A stretch of DNA of 63,618 nucleotides, the filler included, from Octopus bimaculoides (lineage: Eukaryota), in the NCBI RefSeq assembly GCF_001194135.2. It is 5 parts of 5 records of this genome, joined end to end, with 100 filler letters (N's around TTAATTAATTAA, not from the genome) between each part and the next. Parts side by side here need not be neighbours in the genome. Positions count along the whole stretch, not along the records: positions 49,851 to 62,478 come from NC_068998.1; positions 62,579 to 63,618 come from NW_026297776.1; 3 more parts are not named here. The stretch is one strand, 5' to 3'. The notes beneath the pieces were generated by a model. The model worked only from the letters and a program-made list of their open reading frames with translations. It did no database searches and was not told the DNA's origin. This document shows positions 50,405 to 63,570 of this stretch, in pieces (positions within the stretch are counted from its first letter, which is position 1; each line of letters opens with the position of its first letter). The position numbers and the translations under genes were made by a program.

Positions 50405-51085
50405 CAGTCATAACTCACCTCCTTGTTTAACACCTCCACCTAGTCCAACCAGGCTTTTTCAGAAAAGTCCACCCCACCATCTCTGTGGCAAACTTTGAAC
50501 CATCCAGTTGAGTGTATTGCAGCCTAATTTAAGTAACCATTGAGCCAAAGTTTCTTCTTCTGTTTAAACCAGTGGTTCACAACCAGTTTTTGCCTGTGGT
50601 CCCATCTGATTACTGTTCTATTCTCATGAACCCACATAACCATTCGATGTTTAAAAACTAGTTTTACAGATGCTCCTTTCAAAATTCCTATTTTCTTTAA
50701 ACACACTAATTTGTGTAGCACTGAGCTATGTAAAACATTAGACAGAAACCTAGCTGTTTCTTGTAATAAATACATATTTGCATGGACTCGTAAAATACTA
50801 TTGCGAATTCCCTATTCACTATTTTGCATGTGTGAACCCCCAAAAGTCTTATATAGACCCTGGTTGAGTGATTAACAATCACTGGTCTAAACTATAAAAC
50901 AATAACATACATCACACACATAGCTAACTGAAGCAGGATTTTTATCTCACTATCCAAGTTTTATACAACTGCAATCTTCTGGCAAGAACTTTTACAACAT
51001 GTTGTATTTGTCAAATGCTGAGGTTGATGTCATTGACTAAATCCCTCTCTTCAAAAACATCTGGCATTGTATCTAAATTGGAAAC
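50405..51085 (-). mobile_element. Highly decayed LINE reverse-transcriptase remnant (L1/Tx1-like), interrupted by a MITE
   Basis: VVKVLARRLQ resembles KILAKVLANRL; LDGSKFA..VGWTFLKK resembles LDFSKAFDRVDW.FL; GVKQG present. Confidence 0.45.
50570..50884 (+). mobile_element. hAT MITE, copy 3
   Basis: CAGTGGTTCACAACC left TIR; 8-bp TSD GTTTAAAC (50562-50569) / GTCTAAAC (50885-50892). Confidence 0.85.
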
Positions 51086-51495
51086 AATAATTATTAAAGA
51101 AAGGCTATTGACTTGCAAGAAAGGCAGAAACAGTGGACAAATGCCTTGTAGTTTTGAATTCTATTTTCTGAGCATTACCTACTGAGTATGACTCTTTCTC
51201 TTCCATGCAAATCACTAAAATATGTATCAATAATATATTATCATAAATTATCAGTGACATTGCTGATATTCGTCTTGAAAATGTGTGAGCTTGGCAGTGG
51301 ATGGTGATGAATACTGCCTGAGTATAGAGGCCTGATCTCATCTTGCACATATTAGTCAGGAGGATCAACTATGTTGAGACATTGCTCTGGGTAGTCAAGA
51401 TGACCCCAGACTTATGGGATTCCATGATTGTTTCAAGACAGCAGTTCTCCTCTCTAAGAACTCATGTTTTCAATCTGCAGCTTGATCTCATTATA

Positions 51496-51703
51496 CAGGG
51501 TGTCCACAAGGTCTGGGTAAATGGAGTAAATAAAATCATAACATAAACAATTAAATATAAGAAATAATAATTTTTTTATGTGTTAATCCCCATGTGGGTG
51601 CATGAAGTAAATAAAATCATAACATAAACAATTAGATATAAGAAATACTAATTTCTTAAAATATGTGTTAATCCCTGTGTACCCAAACTTTGTGGACACC
51701 CTG
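51496..51703. mobile_element. Tc1/mariner-type MITE with an internal tandem duplication
   Basis: TA|CAGGGTGTCCACAA.GT.TGGGTA ... TACCCAAACTTTGTGGACACCCTG|TA; an internal unit of about 80 bp occurs twice. Confidence 0.9.
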
Positions 51704-51915
51704 TATACTTTATCCTTCATGTGATTTATATTTAGACTCCAAGACTTATTTCAACCTATCTTTGTAGCATCTCTTTCATTATAGCCCTTGTGGCAAATAA
51801 ATGAAATTCCTCCTCTTCATCATTATTATTAATATCACTAGCTGGCTCCATGCTGTCAAAAATGATGGCTAATTGTAGTATTTTATATATAAATATGGAT
51901 GGTAAATCAAACTAT

Positions 51916-52294
51916 TGTTGTTGGCACTCTGTCGCTTGCGACGTCGAGGGTTCCAGTTGATCCGATCAATGGAACAGCCTGCTTGTGAAATTAACGTGCA
52001 AGTGGCTGAGCACTCCACAGACACGTGTACCCTTAACATAGTTCTTGGGGATATTCAGCGTGACACAGTGTGACAAGGCTGACCCTTTGAATTACAGGCA
52101 CAACGGAAACAGGAAGTAAGAGTCAGAGAAAGTTGTGATGAAAGAGTACAGCAGGGTTCGCCACCATCCCCTGCTGGAGCCTTGTGGAGCTTTTAGGTGT
52201 TTTCGCTCAATAAACACTCACAACACCCAATCTGGGAATTGAAACCGCGATCCTATGACCGCAATTCCACTGCCCTAACCACTGGGCCATTGCG
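51916..52294 (-). mobile_element. SINE family A, copy 6, with a 13-bp TSD
   Basis: ATGGTAAATCAAA at 51899-51911 and 52300-52312. Confidence 0.9.
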
Positions 52295-52789
52295 GCATCA
52301 TGGTAAATCAAATTAATAAACTTGTCAATGTTCACATGCACACAAATACACACATATACTCACACAGTGTTGAAATGCTGTTTAATTTTTCTTTTCAGCA
52401 TTGAATGTTCACCATCCCACCAGTTTGCCATCACCCCTTCTTTCTTTATTCATCACCCCTTCCTTTCTCATTTCTATGTTGTGACAGAGAAAATCACTAG
52501 AGTATTATTATAGTAGATTATTATCATTACTATTAAAATATATGGCCTTCTCTTTATGAAAGAAATTCTTTTCTTCTCCCCCCACCCCCTTCATCAGGAT
52601 CTTTATTAACTTTACCTTTCATCCTTTCTGAGTCAATGAAATAAAGTATAAGTAACAAGGCAGGTGGCATCAACTTACCCCTCCCTTTGCTGGCCTTGTG
52701 CCTATATTAGATATTGTTATTTTTTACGTTGTTTTTATTATTCAGTAGTCTTATTTTTATTGTACTTTTTGCTGTACTATTCAGTGCCA

Positions 52790-55180
52790 AGGCTGTCATA
52801 GTTGGAATGTTCACTCAAATTTGGTATCTTTTGCCTCATGTTGTATGTTTGGCACAATGTCTAATATTTTCATGTTACATTTTGTGTCGGTAATTCTAAA
52901 TTTGAACACAAAAAAATCTTTAAGTTATTCCTTAATAATTTTTAAACATTTAAATTTTTTTTTTTTTCATGTGATACATGTTAATTAATATATTTCTGGT
53001 TTATTATGCAAATGAGGACTGGAGAGAGGAGACAGTGAGTAAAGTGACGCAATCCTGTGATGTATTTCTCTGCTTTGTGTGGCTGCATCTGTTTCAGTCG
53101 CAGTCTATGCTGTGGCCTGGTGTGCAGCATTATCTGCTTACTATTTGGAGTGTTTTGTTTTAAATTCTGTGAATTCAATTTGCTTCTTTGTGAACTCATT
53201 GTGAATAAGCAGCGAGATATGGATACTTGCTCATATAGTGAGAAAAAATGGTAAAAATAAAAACTTTTGAGAGAAAGACAGAAAAGTCTACTGCTTCTTA
53301 CAAAAGAAAAGCATCATTTAGGTTCTTAGGATATGAAAAAAATTCTTACTTTGTGGTAAGTAAGTACAACTCAAGTAAAATCTTCAGCATATTATGCAAT
53401 TGTGAAATCATTGTTAGTTTGAAATCAAGTTGCAAGATATAAAAAGACAGAAAAATATTTAAAAATCTAAGACATAGATGTTTTCAAATATACTTCAAAG
53501 CAACTGATTCTGTGAAACCTAGCCAATTCTTTCTTTATTCAGCACAGACAACAGTTGCTGTACTGTGGATGTTTAGCAGAACACAAGTTGCTAATAGCCA
53601 TTTTAAAATCATTTATCTGGCCATGTTACTAATGCTTGTCGAGATTAAAAAATTGGAAACAGGAAAGGGTACCAATGCTGTAGAACCAAAGGAACCTAGA
53701 GTTTCTTAATATTGCCTCAATAACCTTCTATCAAAGTTGAAAGGGGACAAAATATTCTTATCATATTGCTGAGACAAAAACTTTTAATCCCAAGCTGCAT
53801 GTGTTTGTAGCTAGCTATTATGATACCGAAGTTCAAAAATTAATGGACAAATTTCTTATACTTTTGTAAGTTAAAGACGTAACTACTTTTAGAACTTATA
53901 ATTGTATACAGACATTCTTTTAAACAAATACGAAATAACTTTTAGAAACCTTATAGAATCTGCCTGCAATGATGCTAGTATCATGATGGGAAGCGAAGAA
54001 GATGTAAAGCATTTCTGGAAGCAGAAAATCCCTAAAACCCAGCAGTCTTGTGCTTGCAGTTCATGACACTTGTCTGCTTCTAAAGCCTGCATTGAACTGC
54101 TGTGTTATTGTAAAAAGTTAAGAACAAATTTTTCATAATTGTGCAATAATCCTAATTGAAAAAATAAGTATTAAAAAATCTCAAAAATGTATAAATACCA
54201 ATACTTCACACTAATTCCCATGATCAGCTGCACAAGGTATCTTTTATTCAACAAGTTGTGAAAAGAATTTTAAAACAATATTCAGCACTTTGGTGGTTCT
54301 AGATACCTGTTGTCTTAAAAGATTTATTGATATACCTTTAGTAGTCTCAGAGGTGTTACAAAATCCCATTTAAAAAATGGATTTTACTTGTGGAATATCA
54401 TTTAGAAATCATTAGTTAAAGAATTTGATTAAAACTAGTGTTAGAGGTATTTCATCGAACAAAAAGATTTGAAAATTAATGACATAAATAGAATTAATGT
54501 GGTCATGTGTTGTGGTGCATGTATCTTGATAATCCAATAAAAATTTCTCAAAAAGAACTGCAAATGTTTTAAGTTTATATTCTAAATTCACCTTGCAAAT
54601 TTAACTTATGAGCTATTTATTAATTTAAAGCTGCTTGAGATATTTAACCCAACCAGTGTTACTAATGGAAGGCTAAAATCTAATAACCTATTACATACAA
54701 ACTGTGCAAATTAGTCCTTGAAGAATAAGTTAAGACAGGAAAGATTTTATACTGCAAGACCAACCTCGTAATTTAGGAAAATAAATTCAGTTTAATGTAT
54801 CTAAAGAAAAATGTAGCAATGTATATTGTTTTCCATTACTATAAAAATCTAATTTTTCAGCTTTTACTTAAAGAGATTTCTTACTCAACAACTTTGAAGT
54901 TGTAAATCACACTTCTTTGAAAATATTCACCATAAGTGTGTTAATAAGATCTAAATCTTATACTCCAGGGTGTTAATGACATGGAGATGAAAGCACCATA
55001 AGAAACTCTGGACAAAATTTAAAAACTGGAATTTGATTTGAAACAGTTAATAAAGAAGTTGAATATATTTTTCTCTTTATGATATTTTTATAGGTATTGC
55101 TATTAATATTTAAAATTTGGTACATTTTCACTTTTCCATGCAGAATTTGGTAACTTTACAAAATGAACTTTGACACCCCT
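52790..55180 (+). mobile_element. Decayed hAT transposon (ZMYM1/ZNF862-like)
   Basis: Frameshifted NDASIMMGSEEDVKHFWKQKIP and CSS*HLSASKACIELL resemble DGASVMMG..C..HSLHLCASKAC; right end TTGACACCCCTG; left end uncertain. Confidence 0.65.
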
Positions 55181-55489
55181 GCTGAGTAGAGCTCTGTGTA
55201 CCCTTTAATGTGAAATGTTTTGTTTGTGTTTCATATTTTTTATTGTATTGTTATTTATACATGTAATATGCGTACTGTGCCAAATAGTGCTATTTTTCTG
55301 TGTTGTGCATATCTGTAAGCCCTGAAGTATTTCTCTACATGCATTTTAATCATTCTCTTGGCACTCATTATTGTAGGGTTTTTTCTGGTTTCCAATCTTC
55401 ATATTCTGGTTATCTCTATTTTCAGATCTCTATATTTAAATAATTTCTTCATTTTCTTTTTGGGTGTGTTATCATCTGTGGGGCTGATA

Positions 55490-55650
55490 CTTTGATCAAG
55501 AGATACTTAGTTTCAGTAGATATTATTATTAGTGCTTGCAACCAAGTTCAAGAAACGTGTCAGAGGAATCAGAATTGACATGAGAGTAGAGCAAGCCTAA
55601 AAAATTGCTCTGCTGGGGACAGGTAGGATTTTGAGATTGATATTTGGATA
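55490..55650 (+). mobile_element. R4/Dong-like RLE non-LTR retrotransposon C-terminus
   Basis: KFKKRVRGIRIDMRVEQA*KIALLGTGRILR resembles IEHLQK.ALLGTARILR. Confidence 0.7.
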
Positions 55651-55921
55651 TTGAATGTCTCCCACAATAATTAACAACCAAGTATTAAAGCTTATGATGT
55701 GCAGAAAGAGACCCTGTGTGACCACTGACAGCAGGTTGCTGTCCGCTATCACAAAATCTACCAGAACAAACAAGATTGAGCATTTTGAAAAGTAAAACAA
55801 TAATAATGGTAATAAGTTGTGCAAGGGATAGGTTTTGATAAACTGGTTGACACATCTGTGGAAATACCTAAACATTGACTGTGGTATACAGGCATAGTCA
55901 CCGTTTTTAAAATCCATCTAA

Positions 55922-55979
55922 CCTGCCTCTTTGAGGTAGCTAAGTCTCAGCCTACCTCTTTGAGGTAGCTAAGTCCCAG
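55922..55979 (+). repeat. Two tandem 29-bp units, each with a hairpin
   Basis: CCT(G/A)CCTCTTTGAGGTAGCTAAGTC(T/C)CAG twice; CTACCTC/GAGGTAG stem. Confidence 0.85.
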
Positions 55980-56229
55980 AGAAATTATCCAGCTATAAAA
56001 AATGCGATGATTTGTTTCTTTACAGCTTCAACAAATTTTGCAATAAAAAATACTGTTTAGTTTTAGCTTTAAATCTTGTACTTTTCATCTAAAGCTAGAA
56101 TTTTCTTTCTTGATTTTTCAATTTGTTTAATCTTATCAGGTATTAGCTATATAGCAGCTATTCTTGTCTATGTCTTACTACAACATTCAACAATCGTCTT
56201 CTGTTTAATCTAATTTTCCATTCCTATTA

Positions 56230-56450
56230 TTTATCCATTCTTTTCATAGGTGACTTCTATCTCAGATTCAGTCATATGTTATTTTGGCTTCCATGAACAT
56301 AGAAAGCTGTTCTTTCTAATTGCAAACACTCATATCTGTAGTGCAAATAATCTTTCTGCATCAGCATTTTCATAGAATATTCAAAATACAATCACTATTT
56401 TCCTTACTATCTTATTTAGTGTTGCTAATTCACTTAACTTTCTGTTCCAA
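56230..56450 (-). pseudogene. hAT C-terminal dimerisation-domain remnant
   Basis: LSELATLNKIV...ENADAERLFAL resembles P.LA.LAK.VL..P.SNA.AERLFS. Confidence 0.45.
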
Positions 56451-56489
56451 ATATTGCAACTAATGTGACTAGAATATTCTTTTCTACTC

Positions 56490-56690
56490 TAGGCCCAAGG
56501 CTCGAAATTTTGGGGGAGGTGGGGCCAATCGATTAGATCGGCCCCAGTATGCAAATGTTACTTAATTTATCGACCCTGAAAAGATAAAAGGCAAGTCAAC
56601 CTTGGCAGAATTTGAACTCAGAACGTAAAGACAGACAAAATACTGCTAAGCATTTCACCCGGAATGCTAACATTTCTGCCAATTCACTGC
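56490..56690 (-). mobile_element. SINE family C
   Basis: AGGCCCAAGGCTCGAAATTTTGGGG..TTAATTTATCGACCC..GAATTTGAACTCAGAACG. Confidence 0.8.
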
Positions 56691-56762
56691 CTAATATCAC
56701 TAGATTATTGATATCTGTTGCCATATTTTCATCACTATTTAAGAACTACTCTGCTATTAAGC

Positions 56763-56795
<33 letters not shown>

Positions 56796-57858
56796 TGTTG
56801 TTGTTACTATTATTGATGTTAACGGAGGACTGTAAAGATGCTCACAGAGGTACTGGATTTTAGCAGAGTTACATGATATGAGGAAAAGTTGTTGTTTCTT
56901 AATATCTAAAATCCACTCCATTATTTGAATGGGTGTGGTGAGGAGGATATTCATCTTCAAAAATTATATTGGGTACAGATAATTTTTTGTAAAAATCCAT
57001 TTTGTTTTGTTTATCATTAGTTTATCAGTTTATCAGTTTAGTTACCTCTTTTATAGACAGGCTGGTCACAATGGTGGTAGTAGTGATTACGCTCACAAAT
57101 AGTTGCAGCTACAGAGATAGATCTATAAAACAAAAAGAGAAAAATGACAATTAAATAAACTCAGTTAAAAACACATACTCTTACAATTTAAACATTGCAA
57201 AAGAATTATCAAAAATGTTAATTTTAATTACAATAAGAAAAGTACCAATAGCAAAAGCAACATCAATAAGAGCATCTCATTTTATTGGCACTGCAAACCA
57301 AAACATGTATTTTATACTTGAATCAGTACAAAGCAACAGAAAAAAAGAACATGGTATGAGTATGTCACAAAAGTGAGTGCTTCTCTGCCTGAAGAATTTA
57401 TTCAGAAAAAAGCAAAAGAGTGAGATATCTCTGTTTTTCAAATGACATGGTGGTTTCCATAAGTTCCCTGAATGACAAAGTTCTGATTGATGTATGCTGG
57501 AATGTGTTCCTGATATTTAAGCCTGAAGAATCAAACAAGAATGCAGCAAGAGCTGGTGCACCACGTGCCTGCTGTGTACATAACTTGGTGCTGCAGAATT
57601 TCCAGAGCACTAGCAGTTATATAACCAAGGGTAGCCAACTCAGAAGCAAACGTAAGTGGTTTCACATTATCGTGGATGCTACGAAAAACAGTGATTAATG
57701 GCAGAGAGTGCCATGAGCTGAGAAATATCCTTCTTATGCACAGGACTACTGGTACGCCTGAGTAAGCCAGGGATATTCTAGTTCACTCCAAAAGCACAAT
57801 GCCGCAGGAGGTTTAAATGTCACCAGATAAAGATATGGAAATGTAAATATTCATGAGG

Positions 57859-57902
<44 letters not shown>

Positions 57903-59168
57903 GCACGCACATGCACACACACACACACACACACACAGAGAACAGGCTTTAGTACAATTTTCATCTTCTAGTTCAAAGCACAAGGTTTTGGGTCACACAA
58001 TGCTTTAGTTGAATACCCCATGGGATGTTCCATGTTGATTAACATTATCACAACATAAGGTGGTTGGAGTCATGGGGATGCTCTGATCCTAACTAGCTGG
58101 CAGCTTCTCACCTCTATATAAATAGGTTGCCCTTATATATTTTGTGCATTAAGCTTTTAAGCTGCTTCCATGAATTGTTTTTCATTTCCCTCTGTTTGTT
58201 ATGTATATGTACATCTCTGCATGTTTGTAAACCTCTTTTGTATGACAGGCTTTGTGTTATGTGTATGGACCCTTCTGACCAATAAAGAAAAGATTAGTTT
58301 TATTATTATTATTGCTGTTGTTGTTGTTATTGTTGTTGTTGTTGTTGTTATTGTTGTTGTTGTTGTTGTTATCATCATTATTATTATTATCATCATTATG
58401 ATTGTTATTATTAGTATGCTATGTCACTAGAAACAATATTTGGAATTGGTTGTGACATATTCATGGCAATAACTTCAGTTTATTCCTTCCAGGATTTCTT
58501 TTATCTGACATTAGTTCTTGCAGGGTAAAAATAATACATTTATTCATTGATTGATAATTTTTTTCTGCTTTTTTTTGTTTGTTTTTTTTTTCTTTTTGCC
58601 ATAATGTAACGAAGACATTGTGAATGAAAGGTGTCAATCATCTCAAGCGAGCAATACTCAATGTCAAAGAAAATTAAATCCATTATTTGACTTAGTTGTT
58701 CATCAATTTATCTCGAAGCTAGCGTATATTTATAGGCAAAGTTTTTTGAAGTAGCAAGTTTCAAGTTGACCAATCAAACGTGACTGAAAATGTTAATTGC
58801 TGCTGCCTCTCTCTACTAGCTTTGAACTAATTTTTCAATATCCTTGGTTTTAGTTTCAAGCTTGTCTATAAGTATTGAAGCTTAATGGTGTTTTATTACC
58901 CTCTGCCAGGAATCATTTATTCATCTCTGTCATATCATTCGCTGTCAATGTACTTTAGGTCTCCACATCAAAGAGGCCAGCTTGATTAAATTTTAAACAC
59001 CAAAATGTTATGGATGCTGGTATGACCATGCTGCTAAGAAATTTTGATTGCATTCACATGGTCTTGATTTCGATTCTCCTCTGTAAAACCCTACGGATGT
59101 GTTCTCTACCAAAATATCAGCTTTACTAAACCTAGTGAGTTTAATTATGGAAACAGACTATGTATTTT

Positions 59169-59395
59169 TTGGTTGTCCGGAAAGTTCGTGCTGATTTTTT
59201 AAGGAAAGAAAAAGGTCAATAAATACTTGCCATTACATTTTTAATCAACCAAATATGAACCATTTTGTTGCACAATGCATCTCCATCTTTCCTTTAACTT
59301 GAAAATACCCTCTTCGCAGAATTGAGGTGGTTTCATGGCAAATAAGCCAAAAGGTAAGCTACTATAAATCGGCACGAACTTTCCGGACAACCCAA
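59169..59395 (-). mobile_element. Internally deleted mariner element with both TIRs
   Basis: About 29-bp TIRs TTG(G)GTTGTCCGGAAAGTTCGTGC(T/C)GATTT; internal MKPPQFCEEGIFKLKERWRCIVQQNGSYLVD*. Confidence 0.9.
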
Positions 59396-59981
59396 TGCAT
59401 ATGCCTGTCTGATAAACGGTACCTGTTTCTTGATGGTAGACTTAATTATTCATCTAGATATAGAGTCAAATTAAAGGAAGGGTGCCATTGTTATCTAGTG
59501 AACGATATTTCACTAGATAACAATTTTGATATCTTGTGTCTTCAACTGGTTCAAAAAATAAATTTGTCAATCTACTTCATTTTGGTTAATATATAAAGGA
59601 TTGAGGTAACTCCTTCAGAAGATACAGAGTCAAAATTCCTTTCACTCTGAGGGAAAGATCTCTTGTTAGCTATAGAAGTAATAACTCCCTGAACTTTCGC
59701 TATCCTATTTTATTGTTGTTACTATACTTTAAGAACATCCTCCTCCTCTGTTACCTAGGTAACAGAAACTATTTACTGGCTCTTGGAAACCTCCTGAGAA
59801 TTTGAGTGAATCTATTTTTCATGTATTCTTAGTACTTATTGCTCTTGCACATTTGTTGCATACAAAGTCTACTTTCTATAATGTGTGTGTTGTGTGTATG
59901 TATATGTGTGTGTGTCTACATAAATAAATATATATATNNNNNNNNNNNNNNNNNNNNNNNNNNNNNNNNNNNNNNNNNNNN

Positions 59982-60049
<68 letters not shown>

Positions 60050-60564
60050 CACCCATACACACTCACATATATACACATGCATATACACATATAAAAACAT
60101 ATGCACAAACACACATCTACATAAGATAATAATTTTTTATTACTTTTATTACTTCCACAAGACAATGAATAGGAGAACATTATTGAAACTGGATACAAGT
60201 TCTTACTATGTCAATAAAAAGAAAAAAGATAATCACTCCTTTGTAAGTTAGGAATGCAGGTAACTTAACTGCCCTTAAATAATCTATCAAATATGGTGTA
60301 TTTTGAGATTAATTAATGTAAATAAATATCTCATGGTTTTTATAGCAATACTTTGCTTTTGCTGCCAAATTCTCTGTTCTTATTGAAATACAACAATAAA
60401 AGTAATATTGATAATGATATTTATGAGGTAAGTCTTTGAGCAGCTAACACCATTATTATTATAGAAGATAAAAGTTTGCAGATTTCATATAATACATTGT
60501 AGAAGTTAACACAGTGATTTCTTCAACATAGTTTGTATCAATGTAATTATATATATATGTGTGC

Positions 60565-60616
<52 letters not shown>

Positions 60617-61454
60617 NNNNNNNNNNNNNNNNNNNNNNNNNNNNNNNNNNNNNNNNNNNNNNNNNNNNNNNNNNNNNNNNNNNNNNNNNNNNNNNNNNNN
60701 NNNNNNNNNNNNNNNNNNNNNNNNNNNNNNNNNNNNNNNNNNNNNNNNNNNNNNNNNNNNNNNNNNNNNNNNNNNNNNNNNNNNNNNNNNNNNNNNNNNN
60801 NNNNNNNNNNNNNNNNNNNNNNNNNNNNNNNNNNNNNNNNNNNNNNNNNNNNNNNNNNNNNNNNNNNNNNNNNNNNNNNNNNNNNNNNNNNNNNNNNNNN
60901 NNNNNNNNNNNNNNNNNNNNNNNNNNNNNNNNNNNNNNNNNNNNNNNNNNNNNNNNATATATATAAATATATATATATGTGTATATATATGTATGTTCAC
61001 ACATACACACATGCATATACTGTGAGTAATCAGGTAATGAGATGTAATTGCAAAGATGTCAATCCATTTTTAGTGAAGCTGTATAATATTAATATAAATG
61101 CTCTTAATGTTAAGAAATAATTGTAGACATCAGTGTTCATTCATGTGGTGCAAACTTGGAAAAGAAGAAATATAAAAACAATTATTACAAATTAAAAATA
61201 AAAGAAACACACACCCAGACACGCACACACTCATACACTCACACATGTGAATGTGTATATTCATACTCGAAGCAAATTTTCGATTAACTCGTACCCACTC
61301 CTCTATCTTTAGAAAATGTGATTTTTCATTTGTTTGTATGTGTTTTTAAATGTAGGGTTATGAAATTTCTTAAGTTATGTATGTATGTATGACAGCTAGA
61401 CAAATAAACACATAGATACATACAATTTTATATATATATATATATATATTTGCT

Positions 61455-61795
61455 ACAATCGCTTTCGTGATGGATCCGGCGCCTTTCGTGGAAGCTTTCG
61501 CCCGCTTCTTAGGACTGACTGACCCGTGCTCGACCGCCGTTGGCACGGAACCCTTCTCCACTTTTTTCTTCGAAGGTCTCGTTCGAATATTTGCTACTAC
61601 TTAAAAGACATGTTAGGATCCACAATGAGCAGAACTTACTTGCAGGTATTGGTAGTGCAAATCAGAGGTGCAATCTGTGTGGGTGTTTTTTCAAAACACT
61701 GTCTGGTTTAAAAAACCACATCAGACGCCATGAAAGGGCTAAGGTGTAGGTGCAGGAGGTGGTCAAACTCTGTTTAAGGAGTAGACAACCACCAT
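61455..61795 (+). mobile_element. RTE-type LINE 3' fragment with C2H2 zinc-finger remnants
   Basis: LKRHVRIH..CNLCGCFFKTLSGLKNHIRRHE*, followed by a short 3' UTR; organisation parallels 37070-37523. Confidence 0.55.
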
Positions 61796-62478
61796 ATATA
61801 TATATATATATAAAATGATATAGCAACACAAGGCAACAATTAATGTAAAGATATAAAATTGATTGTGAAAAACTGTAATGCTCTCTCTAAGGACCAAATG
61901 AGCATAAGCTTGCCAATATAAAAAGCAGTAGAGAATCTAAAATCACTCCTTATCCTGAAGATGGGGCTGAGATATCCTGGATACATTGATAAAGAGGAAT
62001 TTTGGAACTTGAAGTTTTTCAAACAATTTATAAAGGTCTGATATGCAGATATGAGAAATGTTGATCAAAAAGATTAAATTACAATATTGATAAGATTTTA
62101 ATGCATGTTCAAAAGAAAAGCAGGTTCCTTGTATGCCAATATATGCACACAAACACACACACACACACACACACTTATACATGCATATACATATATCAAA
62201 ATACATGCCTACACAACAGAGTATGCATAATTAAGTCACTGCAAAATATTTTGTGCAAAGATTGCTGCACAAATGTTCATATAAATTATGAATTATTTGG
62301 GTCTATTACATAAGTCTATATAACTGTATAACTGTATCGCTCAGACTATCATGTCGATATACATCACTCATCACAGTGCACTTCCTTGTATTGTTTCGGC
62401 TCTCAAATGATGTCACCTTGCTGGGTAAGCAGGCAGGAAGGTCAACATAGCACCTTAATGGGACACCAATCTGTCACA

Positions 62479-62578
62479 NNNNNNNNNNNNNNNNNNNNNN
62501 NNNNNNNNNNNNNNNNNNNNNNTTAATTAATTAANNNNNNNNNNNNNNNNNNNNNNNNNNNNNNNNNNNNNNNNNNNN
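62479..62578. other. Artificial scaffold spacer 4
   Basis: 44N-TTAATTAATTAA-44N. Confidence 0.95.
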
Positions 62579-62619
62579 ATATACATATATATAAAGAAAT
62601 TATTATTATTATTATTATT

Positions 62620-63125
62620 ATTAGCAGCCTTGAAGCCGGCCTGCAGGCGGCATTTAGGATATCTCCTTCGACCCCACTATTAGGCCGCTTCGCGACCCTC
62701 TACCCTTGTGTAATGAAAATTATTTCTGCAAATGCGCTAATCACTGATGCTGATCATATTTTAATCAATAAGCATAGGAGAGAGGTAAATGCAGTAAAAA
62801 TAGTGGGGTCAGTAGACACCATTTAAGTGGCCCTTCAGAAATCGACCCTCCTTATGATACTCCCTGGGAGTTCATTGTATGAAATTCATTGTCATTGCTC
62901 CGATTTGGTTGCCAATGCCATGTATTTAGTTTAAAATTCAGTAAAAATATGGGGGTCAGTGGGGCCCCAATTAGACGGCCCTTAAAAAATAGACTCCTTA
63001 CAACATTCCCTGGGATTGGGGGAGTTCCTGGTTTGAGTTTCGTTGTCCTTACGCCAACGGTCTAAGAGGAGTTAACGAACAGAAAAACGTAACTGATAGA
63101 GAAACATCACTCAAATTTATATTAT
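62620..63125 (+). mobile_element. Possible Helentron/DINE-like non-autonomous element with about 150-bp internal tandem units
   Basis: CAGTAAAAATA..GGGGTCAGT..GGCCCTT..TCCCTGGGA occurs twice; short 5' hairpins; inserted in (ATT)n. Confidence 0.4.
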
Positions 63126-63249
63126 TGTTGTTATTATTATTATTATTGTTATTATTATTATTATATCGACCCCCCCCCTCCAGTTGAGTACCGGAGTCGA
63201 TGTGATCGACTAATCCCCTCGCTGGCGTTGTGCCAAAATTTGAAATCGA

Positions 63250-63460
63250 AGGTTGTGAGCTGGCAGAATCGTTAGCACGCCGGGAAAAATGCTTAGCAGC
63301 ATTTCGGCTGTCCTTATGTTCTCAGTTCAAATTCCGCCGAGGTCGATTTTATCTTTCATCCTTTCGTGGTCAATAAATTAAGTACCAGTGAAACACTGGG
63401 GTCGATAAGATCGACTGTCCCCCACCCCTAAATTTCAGGCCTTGTACCTATATTAGAAAG
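63250..63460 (+). mobile_element. SINE family C (CpG-retaining)
   Basis: GAGCTGGCAGAATCGTTAGCACGCCGGG..CAAATTCCGCCGAGGTCG. Confidence 0.85.
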
Positions 63461-63481
63461 GACTATTTATTATTATTATTA

Positions 63482-63540
<59 letters not shown>

Positions 63541-63570
63541 ATTATTGTATTATATTAATATATAATAAGT

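Noticed and set aside
50414-50448. Minus-strand exon with a GTGAGT donor (LVGLGGGVKQG)
   Set aside because: Poor acceptor, and better explained as an RT GVKQG remnant.
61540-61749. Host C2H2 zinc-finger gene
   Set aside because: The first finger lacks its cysteines, there are no TGEKP linkers, and the context resembles an RTE LINE 3' end.
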